DNA of 50,791 nt, taken from assembly GCA_027593235.1 (NCBI GenBank), contig JAQCIU010000023.1, positions 1 through 50,791 of the forward strand, read 5' to 3'. The notes below the pieces were generated by a model, which searched no databases, was not told where the DNA came from, and saw nothing but the letters and a program-made list of their open reading frames with translations. A program made the translations under genes and the position numbers. Source of the DNA: Chloroflexota bacterium (GTDB lineage Bacteria > Chloroflexota > Dehalococcoidia > UBA2979). Shown here in pieces: positions 1 through 9,507 of this stretch; position 1 is the first letter of the stretch, and every line of letters begins with the position of its first letter.

Positions 1-149
1 CATGGCTCGCTCGGTGGCCGCCCACCCATCAGCCGTGTCTCACATGTCCGTGGTCAGTACAGCTAGGCGGAAATGTACTCCGTCGGCCGTGGCTTGTGTG
101 ACCGCTTCGTGTTCGCCAGCCACACAGAACGCTACGACCAGACGCGTTG

Positions 150-557
150 CTACTTCTGAAAGATCTCCATCAGCACGAAGTTCGAGGCGGTCGGGTGGAC
201 CCAGGCGTTGGTGGTGTTGGGCGCGCGATTCACGCGGCCACCATTGGCTTCGATCTGCGCGCAGAAGGCGTCAACGTCGTCGCAGTCGTAGGCCATCAGG
301 TACATGCCTTCGCCGTGTGGGTTAAACGGGTTCACACGCTCGCTCATCAGCTTGGCGATCGGGCTGCCCTCGTCTGCGCGCGGCTGGAGCAGGTGGAGCT
401 GGGTCTGGCCGTTGTAGCCCATGGGAACGAAGTCGAACTTGCCGATGCCGTTGTAGGCCTTCTCGCCGGTCGGCTCCATGCCGAAGCGGGCCTTGTGGTT
501 GGCGACGGCCTCATCGAGGTCGTGCACGGCAACGGTGTAGTGCTTGAACGTCAACAT
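150..557 (-). CDS. VOC/glyoxalase family protein (methylmalonyl-CoA epimerase-like)
   Basis: ATG at 557 (MLTFKHYTVAVHDLDEAV); VOC metal-site pattern, 'WVHP...VLMEI' C-terminus. Confidence 0.8.
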   Translation of the reverse strand: MLTFKHYTVAVHDLDEAVANHKARFGMEPTGEKAYNGIGKFDFVPMGYNGQTQLHLLQPRADEGSPIAKLMSERVNPFNPHGEGMYLMAYDCDDVDAFCAQIEANGGRVNRAPNTTNAWVHPTASNFVLMEIFQK

Positions 558-683
558 CGGGTTGCGCCTTCTTCCTGGTACGGCGGACCCGGTGTCCGCA
601 CGGCTCGCGCATCTTGCCCGCTCCGGCCGTGGAGTGCGAGGTACGATCGGCCCCCGCGACACCACGCGGTTCCGGAGCGTCCC

Positions 684-1796
684 GTGAACGTCAGTTCCTG
701 CTCGCGGCCACTGCTTGTCTCACTGGTGGCGTTCGCCCTCGGCGCCTGCTCGGGCGAGGGTGCCGATCCGAGCCCCACGGCGACCATCGAGGCGACGAGC
801 ACCGGCGCCTCCAGCGCGGCGGCGACGGCCGCGCCATCCGCGACAGCGCCGGTCGCACCGGCGACCGCGGGCACGACCGACGCCACGCCGCCGCCGGGCA
901 TCGCGCTGATCCTCGAGTCGTACGCGGTCGTCGCCGGGTCGCGACCGCACGACGTCGCGCCCGCCGCGGACGGGGGTGTCTGGTACACGGGGCAGGGCAA
1001 CGGGACGCTTGGTCACCTCGATCCGCGGAGCGGCGAGGTGCGCGAGATCGCGCTCGGACCGGGGTCGGCGCCGCACGGGGTGATCGTCGATGCCGCGGGC
1101 GCGGCCTGGGTGACGGACGGTGGGCAGAACGCGATCGTTCGAGTCGACCCCGGCAGCGACGAGGTGCGGGTTTTCCCGCTGCCCGCGGACCGCCCGAACG
1201 TGAACTTGAACACCGCCGCTTTCGACGGGCGCGGGCGGCTCTGGTTTACGGGTCAGAACGGCATCCACGGCGTGTTCGATCCGGCGAGCGAGGAGATGCG
1301 GGTCTTCGACTCGCCACGCGGGCGTGGGCCGTACGGCATCGCGGGTGCGCCGAACGGCGACGTCTACTTCGCGTCGCTGGCTGGCAGCTACCTGGGCGCG
1401 ATCGACCTCGAGAGCGGCGCGGTCACCGACCTGGATCCGCCGACGGCGGGGGCGGTGGTGCGGCGCGTGTGGTTCGAATCGGCGGGCGACGCGTGGATCG
1501 CGGAGTGGAACGCGGGACAGGTCGGGCGCTACGAGCCGGACAGCGGGCGGTGGACGGAGTGGGCGCTGCCCGGGGACGCGCCACGCGCCTACGCGGTCTA
1601 CGTCGACGAGGGCGATCGCGTGTGGCTCACCGACTTCGGCAACAACTCGATCGTGCTATTCGAACCAGCCAGCGAGGTCTTCACCACGGTCGCGCTCCCG
1701 GCGACACCCTCGAACGTCCGACAGCTCCTCGGGCGACCCGGGGAGCTGTGGGGAGCGGCGTCGGCGGACGACAGCCTGGTGGTGATCCGCTACTAG
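684..1796 (+). CDS. Virginiamycin B lyase (Vgb)-like beta-propeller lipoprotein
   Basis: Lipobox LGAC, Thr/Ala linker, repeated 'PHDVAPAADGGVWYT', 'SAPHGVI', 'GPYGI' blades; GTG start inferred. Confidence 0.8.
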   Translation: MNVSSCSRPLLVSLVAFALGACSGEGADPSPTATIEATSTGASSAAATAAPSATAPVAPATAGTTDATPPPGIALILESYAVVAGSRPHDVAPAADGGVWYTGQGNGTLGHLDPRSGEVREIALGPGSAPHGVIVDAAGAAWVTDGGQNAIVRVDPGSDEVRVFPLPADRPNVNLNTAAFDGRGRLWFTGQNGIHGVFDPASEEMRVFDSPRGRGPYGIAGAPNGDVYFASLAGSYLGAIDLESGAVTDLDPPTAGAVVRRVWFESAGDAWIAEWNAGQVGRYEPDSGRWTEWALPGDAPRAYAVYVDEGDRVWLTDFGNNSIVLFEPASEVFTTVALPATPSNVRQLLGRPGELWGAASADDSLVVIRY

Positions 1797-3148
1797 CGGG
1801 CGATCGCCGACACGGCCGCCACGAGGTCGACGGCACCGCCCTCGAGGAGTACGCGCGGGTGATGGCCCGCGGCCTGGAGCAGGCTCGCGGCGGTGGCGGC
1901 GCGGCTACCAGCGGCGCAGCTCACGAGCATCGCGTCGTCCTCGACATTCGGCAGCCAGTCGGCGATCCGATCGATGGGACGGTGCTGGGAGCCGGGCAGG
2001 GGGAGCGTGCGCAGGTCGCTGTCGAAGCGGACGTCGTAGCCCGGGAGATGCGCCGCCGCGCGGATCGTCGCGGCCTCGGCGACGGAGACCACGTCCAGTT
2101 GGGCGGCGGGGCGATCGGCGGCCAAGCGAGCGAAGGGGAGGGAGCCGGTAACTTCCTCGTAGCCGATGCGGAGCAGATCGACGGTGACGCGATCCGCCTG
2201 AGCGGCGTCGTTGGTAACGAGGACCAGCGGCTGGTTGAAGGGCATCACCCAGCCGACGTAGGCGAGCATCGATTCGCCTTCCTCGATGGAGGTGGAGGCG
2301 GGCACGTGGGCGGTGGCGAAGTCGAAGCGGCTGCGCACGTCGAGCAGGCGTGATCCGCTCATCACCGCGCCGAGCGCGGCGTCCGGGGACAGCGGGGACG
2401 GCGACGGCAGATCGCCGTAGACGCGCGGGCCCTCGCGGTTGATCGGCGCCATGTGCCGGTAGTAGCCGGGGATCGGCGCGGGGTTCGCGAGGTGGAGGGT
2501 GCGGAAGGCCTCGAAGTTGGGGCTGGCGAGGACGATGTTGCGGACGCGCTCCTCGCGGAGCGGTGCGCGACGTTCGCCGCCGCACTGCTGCGACGAGCAG
2601 AACGAGCCCGCGCCGTGGGTGGGGAGCAACTCGGCGTCCTCCGGCATGAGGGCGGTGATCCGCTGGGCGCTATTCCACTGCTGTCGCGTCAGTTCCTCGG
2701 TGTGGTCGGGGCCGAGGAGATCGGACCGACCGGCGCCACCGATGATGATCGAGCCGCCGGTGAAGGCGCCGAGAACGGTGCCGGCCTCGTCGATGGCGAG
2801 GTAGGCGGTGTGGTGGTGGGTGTGGCCGGGCGCGCGGACGGCGCGGATGTGACCGGCGCCGACGGGCAGTTGCTCGCCGTCCGCGATCGGGCGGTGGGCG
2901 AACTCAAGGCCGGCGTCCTCGGGCGCAACGATCTCGGCACCGCGGGCGACCAGCTCCGGGCCACCGGAGATGTAGTCGTTGTGGACGTGTGTCTCGAAGA
3001 CGCGGGTGATCGTGACTCCTCGTTGCTCGGCGGCGGCGAGGTAGGGCCGCACGTCACGCTGCGGATCGATGGCGACGGCCTCGGAGCCGCTCACGACGAG
3101 GTAGGAGGCATCGCCGAGAGCTTCTGCCACGAACTGCACGATTTCCAT
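1793..3148 (-). CDS. MBL-fold metallo-hydrolase fused to rhodanese domains (persulfide dioxygenase-like)
   Basis: THVHNDY, PGHT, PTHGAGS motifs; C-terminal rhodanese CAAGSRA; SD GAGGAGG. Confidence 0.85.
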   Translation of the reverse strand: MEIVQFVAEALGDASYLVVSGSEAVAIDPQRDVRPYLAAAEQRGVTITRVFETHVHNDYISGGPELVARGAEIVAPEDAGLEFAHRPIADGEQLPVGAGHIRAVRAPGHTHHHTAYLAIDEAGTVLGAFTGGSIIIGGAGRSDLLGPDHTEELTRQQWNSAQRITALMPEDAELLPTHGAGSFCSSQQCGGERRAPLREERVRNIVLASPNFEAFRTLHLANPAPIPGYYRHMAPINREGPRVYGDLPSPSPLSPDAALGAVMSGSRLLDVRSRFDFATAHVPASTSIEEGESMLAYVGWVMPFNQPLVLVTNDAAQADRVTVDLLRIGYEEVTGSLPFARLAADRPAAQLDVVSVAEAATIRAAAHLPGYDVRFDSDLRTLPLPGSQHRPIDRIADWLPNVEDDAMLVSCAAGSRAATAASLLQAAGHHPRVLLEGGAVDLVAAVSAIAR

Positions 3149-3187
3149 TGCGCACCCTCCTCGGGGTTGTGTGCTGTCCTCGAACGG

Positions 3188-3937
3188 TCAGGCGACGAGC
3201 GCCGCTTCACGGATGGTCAGGTAGGTCGCGACAACGACCAGCAGGACGGCGAACGACTGCTGCAGGCGCTGTTCCCCGGCGGCGCGGGCGAGCCGGGAGC
3301 CGAACACGACGCCGAAGATGGCGCCGGCTGCGAGCACGGCGGCGAGCGGGAGATCGATGTCGTCGCGCACCCAGTAGCCACCGATCGCGGCGGCCGAGTT
3401 CGCGGAGATGACGAGTAGCGAGGTGCCAATCGCCTGCGGCATCGGCAGGCCGAGCGCGAGCACGAGCACCGGGACGATGACGAAGCCGCCGCCGACACCG
3501 AAGACGCCGGTGAGCACGCCGGCGAGGGCGCCGGCGACGATCACGAGGGGAGCGGGTTTGCGGCCCTCGGAGGGTCGGATCGGCTGCCACATGCGGAGCG
3601 CGACGGCGATCATCAGCAGGGTGACCGCGCCGAGGATGGCGGCTTCCGGCAGGCGGGCGTTGAGCGGCGAGGTGAGTGCGGAGGCGATCATGCCCGGGCC
3701 ACCGAAGAGCAGGGCCTCGCGGTAGCGCACCCCGCCGCGGCGGGCGTGCAGGACGGTGCCGAGGAGCGCGCTGGCGAGGACGACGGCGAGCGCGGTGCCG
3801 GTGGCGCCGTGCGCGTCGAGGCCGAACCCGAGCACGAGCAGCAGAATCAGCAGGACGGAGCCGCCGCCGCCGACGGCACCGAGCGCGAGACCGGCGGCGG
3901 CCCCTGCGATGAGCGTCGGGATGAGTGCGAGTTCCAT
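3188..3937 (-). CDS. Sulfite exporter TauE/SafE family protein
   Basis: Duplicated G-rich TM motifs GAVGGGGS / GVFGVGGGFVIVP, 'AIGTSL'. Confidence 0.9.
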   Translation of the reverse strand: MELALIPTLIAGAAAGLALGAVGGGGSVLLILLLVLGFGLDAHGATGTALAVVLASALLGTVLHARRGGVRYREALLFGGPGMIASALTSPLNARLPEAAILGAVTLLMIAVALRMWQPIRPSEGRKPAPLVIVAGALAGVLTGVFGVGGGFVIVPVLVLALGLPMPQAIGTSLLVISANSAAAIGGYWVRDDIDLPLAAVLAAGAIFGVVFGSRLARAAGEQRLQQSFAVLLVVVATYLTIREAALVA

Positions 3938-3978
3938 CGGCCCTAAACCTGACTAATCTGGTCGACTATTGCGTCTTT

Positions 3979-4006
3979 TATCTCTATATGCCGAAGCAAC
4001 GATGTT
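3979..4006 (-). promoter_or_regulatory. Putative ArsR operator/promoter, copy 1 (upstream of tauE)
   Basis: AACATCGTTGCTTCGGCATATAGAGATA aligns ungapped with 4403-4430 and 4807-4834. Confidence 0.6.
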
Positions 4007-4039
4007 GTGAGGACGCCATCGTACTGCACGGTCAGCGGG

Positions 4040-4387
4040 TTAGCGCGTGACGCCGATCCCCAACTCGAGGGGGAGGCGTTGGGAGGACCAGGCGGCGGTG
4101 CCACCGGTGACAGAGCGGGCGTCGTACCCGATCCCCGCGAGGTAGCGCGCCGCGGTCACGCTGCGGTTGCCGCTGGCACAGATCACGAGCACGGGCCGGT
4201 CGTTCGGTAACTCGACGTGCCGGGTGGGGACGGAGTTCAGGGGCATGTGCGCGGCGCCCGCGGCGTGTCCCTGCTCCCACTCCCAGGGCTCGCGGACATC
4301 GACGACGATGCCATTGCCCTCGTGGGCCAGCGCGTAGGCGGCGGTGGCGGTGACTTCGCGCGGGGTCGGGTTGGATTGGTTGCTCAC
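4040..4387 (-). CDS. Rhodanese-like domain protein
   Basis: DVREPWEW..GH and active-site CASGNRS, GGTAAW. Confidence 0.9.
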   Translation of the reverse strand: MSNQSNPTPREVTATAAYALAHEGNGIVVDVREPWEWEQGHAAGAAHMPLNSVPTRHVELPNDRPVLVICASGNRSVTAARYLAGIGYDARSVTGGTAAWSSQRLPLELGIGVTR

Positions 4388-4402
4388 GGTAGGATCCTCA
4401 AC

Positions 4403-4430
4403 TATCTATTTATGCCGATGTAGGGATGTT
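4403..4430 (-). promoter_or_regulatory. Putative ArsR operator/promoter, copy 2 (upstream of rhodanese)
   Basis: AACATCCCTACATCGGCATAAATAGATA. Confidence 0.6.
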
Positions 4431-4461
4431 TTGCCCATGCAGGCCTGTCGCGACGCCATGG

Positions 4462-4803
4462 TCAGGCGCGGCTGAGTGCTGCCGCCTCGAGCTGTACTTG
4501 TTCCTCGATGCGGTCGCAGACGAGGGCGCAGAGGCGTTCGATGCTGTCATCGATGACGGCGTAGTAGGCACTGGTGCCCTCGCGGCGGCGGCTGACGATG
4601 CCGGCATCGAGCAGGAGGCGGAGGTGCTTGCTCACGTTGGCCTGGCTCATGCCAACGCCCTCGACGACCTCGCCAACGCTCAATTCGTTTCGCGCGACGA
4701 GCAGCCGGACGATTGCGAGGCGGCTCGCATCGCCGAGGACGCGGAAGCGCTGGGCGACGCGATCGAGGAGTGCATCGGGGACGAGGGTGTGGTGTGCCTT
4801 CAT
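4462..4803 (-). CDS. ArsR/SmtB family transcriptional regulator
   Basis: FRVLGDASRLAI, SQANVSKHLRLL, RRREG; C-terminal CxxxC (LCALVC). Confidence 0.9.
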   Translation of the reverse strand: MKAHHTLVPDALLDRVAQRFRVLGDASRLAIVRLLVARNELSVGEVVEGVGMSQANVSKHLRLLLDAGIVSRRREGTSAYYAVIDDSIERLCALVCDRIEEQVQLEAAALSRA

Positions 4804-4806
4804 GAC

Positions 4807-4840
4807 TATCTTTATATAACTACATATCGATATTCGTCAA
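4807..4840 (-). promoter_or_regulatory. arsR promoter (-35 TTGACG) overlapping operator copy 3
   Basis: TTGACG...AATATCGATATGTAGTTATATAAAGATA directly upstream of ATG 4803. Confidence 0.6.
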
Positions 4841-4952
4841 GTAGACCACCCGGGCCGCGTTGAAGAGGGCGGTCCGAACGCCTGATCACTGATTCGGTAT
4901 TCGTCTCCGTTATCATCACGCCGCATACAGGTTGCATGGCACGGGGGTAATC

Positions 4953-6227
4953 ATGGCCGGACCGCTCGAGGGGATTCGCGTCCTCGAATTCACGCAGATC
5001 ATCGCAGGCCCGTTTGCATGCCAGAACCTGGCGGACATGGGCGCCGAGGTGATCAAGGTGGAGCCCCCAGAGGGTGAACCGTGGCGACTCTTTTCGCAGT
5101 TCATGCCGGGTGAGTCGAAGACCTACCAATCGCTGAACCGCGGGAAGCGATCGCTGGTCCTTTCGCTACAGACGCCAGAGGCGCAGGCGATCGTGCACCG
5201 GATGGTCCCGAACATCGACGTGGTGGTGATCAACTACCGGCCGGACGTGCCGGCGAAGCTGGGCATCGACTACGAGACGCTGCGTGCGCTGAAGCCGGAC
5301 CTGATCTACGTGGACAACACCGCGTTCGGCCGCAAGGGGCCGCGGGCGCAGAGCCCCGGGTACGACATCATCGCGCAGGCGATTTCCGGGTTGATGGTCG
5401 GGGAGGGCAAGGCGGATCCCGTGACCGGGACGCCGAAGATCATCAGTTCGACCGCGATTGCCGACTACGGCACGGGGCTGGCGATCGCGTGGGGCGTCTG
5501 TGCGGCGCTCTACCACCGGGAAAAGACCGGCGAAGGCCAGATGATCGAGAGCACGCTGCTCCAGACGGCGCTCGCGTTCCAGGGCGGTGTGGTGTTCGAG
5601 TTGCCGGCAGCGGATGAGCTGCGCAACCAGCGCATGGCGCGGGTGCACCACCTCCAGGAGTCCGGCGCGAAGTATTCGGACCTGCTCGTCGCGCACAACC
5701 CGCTTGCGATCCTTGGCGCGGGCAACATCTACTACCGGGCGTACAGCACGCAGGATGGGGCGATCGCGATTGGCGCGCTCTCTCCCACGCTCTGGGCGAA
5801 GGTCCGCACGGCGCTGGATACGGACTTCATGGGGATCGCGGATCCCGGGTACGACCCGACGAACGCCGAGTGGGCGGCGACCGCGGCAGTGCGACTGGCC
5901 GAGGTGGAGGAACACGTCCGCTCCCGCCCGACAGCGGAGTGGGAGGACATCTTCACGGCCAACGGCGTCCCAAACGGCCCACTGAACTTCCCGGAGGACA
6001 TGGCGAACGACCCGCAGGTGCTGGCGAACGGCGGCATCGTCGAGCTTGAGCACGACCTAAGCGGACCGCAGCGGCAGGTCGGCCCGGTGCTGCAGATGAG
6101 CGCCACGCCGCTCCGTGCGCAGGGCGCGGCGCCACCGCTGGGCCGCGACACCGACGCCGTTTTGACCGAGGTGGGCTACACCGCCGAGGAGATCGTGGCG
6201 TTCCGGACGGGTGGCGCGATCGCCTGA
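4953..6227 (+). CDS. CoA transferase family III (CaiB/BaiF)
   Basis: GPLEGIRVLEF, ADMGAEVIKVEPP, LNRGKRS, GYD..AQA.SG, APPLG. Confidence 0.92.
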   Translation: MAGPLEGIRVLEFTQIIAGPFACQNLADMGAEVIKVEPPEGEPWRLFSQFMPGESKTYQSLNRGKRSLVLSLQTPEAQAIVHRMVPNIDVVVINYRPDVPAKLGIDYETLRALKPDLIYVDNTAFGRKGPRAQSPGYDIIAQAISGLMVGEGKADPVTGTPKIISSTAIADYGTGLAIAWGVCAALYHREKTGEGQMIESTLLQTALAFQGGVVFELPAADELRNQRMARVHHLQESGAKYSDLLVAHNPLAILGAGNIYYRAYSTQDGAIAIGALSPTLWAKVRTALDTDFMGIADPGYDPTNAEWAATAAVRLAEVEEHVRSRPTAEWEDIFTANGVPNGPLNFPEDMANDPQVLANGGIVELEHDLSGPQRQVGPVLQMSATPLRAQGAAPPLGRDTDAVLTEVGYTAEEIVAFRTGGAIA

Positions 6228-6272
6228 CCGCGAGGGAGAACCGACGACACGCGACGACGATCGGAGACGCAG

Positions 6273-7271
6273 ATGGTGGCAGCGGACTGGCTCGCACTGA
6301 CCGAGGAAGCGGCGCTAGAGCCGGAGTTGCCGATCATCGATCCGCACCACCACCTGTGGGAGCGGCCGAACAACACGTACCTGCTCGACGACCTGGTCGA
6401 GGACGTGAGCAGGCACAACGTCCGGCAGACGGTGTTCATCGAATGCACCTCGATGTATCGGACGGACGGGCCGGCGGAGCTGCGCGTCGTTGGTGAGACC
6501 GAGTTTGTCGAGGGCGTCGCGAACGCGAGCGCGGCGCGCGCGGATCGGGTGCGGGCTTGCACCGGGATCGTGGGGACGGCAAATCTGCAACTGGGGAGCG
6601 CGGTCGCCTCGGTGCTCGATGCACACCTCGAGGCGAGCCCGACGCGGTTCCGGGGCATCCGGCACCGCGCGGCGTGGGACGCCGATCCGGATCTACACGC
6701 GCGGGCGACGTCGCCGGAGCATGTGCTGCTGGATCCGAAGTTCCGCGAGGGCTACGCGCTCCTCGAGCGATACAACCTCACCTTCGAGGCGTGGCTGTAT
6801 CACCCGCAGATCGCGGAGATCACGGACCTGGCGCGCGCATTCCCGAACACGACGATCATCCTCAACCACCTGGGCGGGCCGCTGGGCGTTGGGCCGTACG
6901 TGGGGCAGCACGACGCGATCTTCGAGGCGTGGCGTCCGGCGATCACGGAATTGGCGAGTTTGCCGAACGTGGTGGCGAAGGTCGGCGGGATTCAGATGGT
7001 GATCAACGGCTTCGGCTGGGAGGATCACCCGCGGCCACCCAGCTCGGACGAGCTGCTTGAGGTGAACCGGCGCTGGTACGACCACACGATCGAGGCGTTC
7101 GGCCCGGACCGCTGCATGTTCGAAAGCAACTTCCCGGTCGACAAGGCGTCGTGCAGTTACACGGTGCTATGGAATCAGTTCAAGAAGCTGACCGCCGGGT
7201 ACTCCGCGACCGAACGAGCCGCGATGTTCCATGACACGGCGGCGCGCGTGTACCGCCTGGAGACGGTGTAG
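6273..7271 (+). CDS. Amidohydrolase_2 family protein
   Basis: IIDPHHHLW, LNHLGGP, RCMFESNFPVD. Confidence 0.9.
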   Translation: MVAADWLALTEEAALEPELPIIDPHHHLWERPNNTYLLDDLVEDVSRHNVRQTVFIECTSMYRTDGPAELRVVGETEFVEGVANASAARADRVRACTGIVGTANLQLGSAVASVLDAHLEASPTRFRGIRHRAAWDADPDLHARATSPEHVLLDPKFREGYALLERYNLTFEAWLYHPQIAEITDLARAFPNTTIILNHLGGPLGVGPYVGQHDAIFEAWRPAITELASLPNVVAKVGGIQMVINGFGWEDHPRPPSSDELLEVNRRWYDHTIEAFGPDRCMFESNFPVDKASCSYTVLWNQFKKLTAGYSATERAAMFHDTAARVYRLETV

Positions 7272-7277
7272 CGGTCG

Positions 7278-8093
7278 CTAGACCTGCAACCCAAGATCGA
7301 AGGTCGCGCTGAAGCCCTCGGCGGCCGGGCGTGCGGCGAGGACTAACTGGTCGCCGCCGCTGCGGTAGATGCCGTCGTCGGCATTGCGGGTGCGGCGGCC
7401 CGCCTTCGCGTACGGAGCGGCGACGAGCACTTCGTCCGAGAGCGCGTCATCGAAGAAGAACTGTGACGTGAACTCGAAGATGCTGCCATCGGCGGCCTGG
7501 GCGCGGACCTTGAAGTGGATGTGTACGGCGCGTCCCGGATACCAGCCGGGGTAGATGGTGGTAAAGCGGGTCTGACCCGCAGCATCCGAACGCTGGAGGC
7601 CGCGCAGGAACGTCTTGCCGGTCGTGTCGAAGCCGACGGCACGGTCGGTCACGTCCGAGTACTGGCCGCTGGCGTCGCATTGCCAGATATCGACCACGGC
7701 ACCGGTCAGGGCTGCGCAGCCATCCCCGGTGACGTGCGAGACGTTGACCACGAGATCGAGCGGGACGCCCGCGACCGATTCGCGGACGTCCGAACGGTCG
7801 AGTTGCTCGTCGACGAAGTACGGGCCCTCGGTCATTTCGGGTACGGCGATGCAGGACGGGAGGGGGACGCTGACACCGGCGGTCGCCGCCGCGGTGGCCG
7901 TCGCGGTGGCAGCGCCGGCTGTTGGGGTGGCGGCGAAGAGCGGGGCGGTCGCGGACGCCGTTGCCGTGCTGGGCGCGCCCTCGGGATCGTCGCCGGCGCA
8001 GCCGACGAGCAGGGCGAGGCCAACGCCACCGAAGAGGGTCAGCACCTCGCGGCGCGGCAGTATGCGACCAACTGGCGCGTCGTCGTTGTCCAC
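7278..8093 (-). CDS. Intradiol ring-cleavage dioxygenase-like protein, Tat lipoprotein
   Basis: RREVL Tat motif + LVGC lipobox; TEGPYF, VDIWQCDASGQYS, YPGWYPGRAVHIH. Confidence 0.85.
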   Translation of the reverse strand: MDNDDAPVGRILPRREVLTLFGGVGLALLVGCAGDDPEGAPSTATASATAPLFAATPTAGAATATATAAATAGVSVPLPSCIAVPEMTEGPYFVDEQLDRSDVRESVAGVPLDLVVNVSHVTGDGCAALTGAVVDIWQCDASGQYSDVTDRAVGFDTTGKTFLRGLQRSDAAGQTRFTTIYPGWYPGRAVHIHFKVRAQAADGSIFEFTSQFFFDDALSDEVLVAAPYAKAGRRTRNADDGIYRSGGDQLVLAARPAAEGFSATFDLGLQV

Positions 8094-8172
8094 GGGGTCA
8101 CGCTCCTGAATCGGTGGTGGGTGGCATCGATGATGCCGGATCCGATATCAGGAGCGCGTCAAGAGTGGGGCG

Positions 8173-9357
8173 CTAGCCGGTCTTGATTCCCAGGGACTCG
8201 TAGACGGCACCGGCGAGCAGTTGCGCGCGCGGATCAATCGTGCCGAAGTCGCCCGCCCACATCTGGTTCATCGCGTAGCCGAAGCCGATCTGGTGCTCGG
8301 TGTCGGCGAAGCCGTTGGAACCGCCAGCGCCGCCGTGCCCGAAGGCCTCGGGGCCGCGACGGTCTCCGGTATCAGGGACCGGGTGCATGTAGCCGAGCGA
8401 GCGGCGGGTGCGCATGGTGAGCACCTCGTCCGGAGAATCGACATGCACCTCGCGAGCGATGTCGACGCGCTCCGGGCTCATGAGGCGCACGCCATCCAGT
8501 TCGCCACCCTGTGCGAGCGCGCTGTAGACGCGGGCGACGGCACGGGCGTTGCCGTGGCCGTTACCGCCGGGCAGCTCGGCGCCGCGCCAGCCTCGGCTGT
8601 TGGGGTCCATGACGAGTTCGGAGTCGTGCAGCAGGGAGCGCTCCATGAGCGGGTTGGTCGGTGCGTCGGGGCCGGGCGGGCGGACGAAGATCTCGTTCGG
8701 CGCGGGCTGGATGATCGAGGCGATACGCGGATCCTCGGAGGCCGGGGTGCCGATGAAGAAGTCAGCACCGAGCGGTGCTGCGATCTCGTCGCGGAAGAAG
8801 GCGCCGAGGCTGGCGGCGCCGGAGATGCGGCGGACGACCTCACCGACGAGCCAGCCGAAGGTAATCATGTGGTAGCCGTTCTTCGTCCCCGGCTCCCACT
8901 GCGGCGTGGTCTCCTCGAGCGCGTGGATCATCGTGTCCCAGTGCTCGTGGTCGCCGGGCTTGAGGGGTGGATCGACGGCGACGAGGCCGGCCTGGTGCGA
9001 GAGCAGCCAGCGCACCGGGATCGATTCCTTGCCGAGCTTCCCGAATTCCGGCCAGTACTGCGCGACCGGTGCGTCGTAATCGAGCAAGTCGCGATCAGCG
9101 AGGATGTGCGCGCAGGTGGCGGTCATGCCCTTGGTCATGGACCAAACGTTGACGATGGTGTCGCGCTCCCACGCCGCGTCGCCGTCGGGGTGCATGCGAC
9201 CGGCCCAGAGATCCACGACGGGGCGACCGTCCAGGTAGACGGCAACGGCGGCTCCGACTTCGCGGTGATCACGGAAGTTGTTCGCGAAGGCCTCGCGCAC
9301 GCGTTCGAAGCGAGGGTCGACCTCGCCCTGGATCTGGACAGTTGTGGTTGTGGTCAT
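8173..9357 (-). CDS. Serine hydrolase (beta-lactamase/EstA family)
   Basis: SMTK (SxxK), LLSHQAGL, YH, FGHGGAGG; ATG at 9357. Confidence 0.9.
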   Translation of the reverse strand: MTTTTTVQIQGEVDPRFERVREAFANNFRDHREVGAAVAVYLDGRPVVDLWAGRMHPDGDAAWERDTIVNVWSMTKGMTATCAHILADRDLLDYDAPVAQYWPEFGKLGKESIPVRWLLSHQAGLVAVDPPLKPGDHEHWDTMIHALEETTPQWEPGTKNGYHMITFGWLVGEVVRRISGAASLGAFFRDEIAAPLGADFFIGTPASEDPRIASIIQPAPNEIFVRPPGPDAPTNPLMERSLLHDSELVMDPNSRGWRGAELPGGNGHGNARAVARVYSALAQGGELDGVRLMSPERVDIAREVHVDSPDEVLTMRTRRSLGYMHPVPDTGDRRGPEAFGHGGAGGSNGFADTEHQIGFGYAMNQMWAGDFGTIDPRAQLLAGAVYESLGIKTG

Positions 9358-9507
9358 TGCGTTTGCCCCTCGCGCTGGCGGGGCGGTGAGGCGGACGGCA
9401 GTCAACCTCTCCCCGTCGCGCGGAGTGTACGCCGCCGCGCGGGCGCGAGCGTGGCGCCTGCGTAGAGTGGGCGGTGCAAACGCTCTGGGTGATTGCGGGG
9501 GCAGAAC

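Noticed and set aside
684-1796. Streptogramin resistance gene (vgb)
   Set aside because: Fold-level similarity only; exported lipoprotein homologs are common and resistance cannot be inferred.
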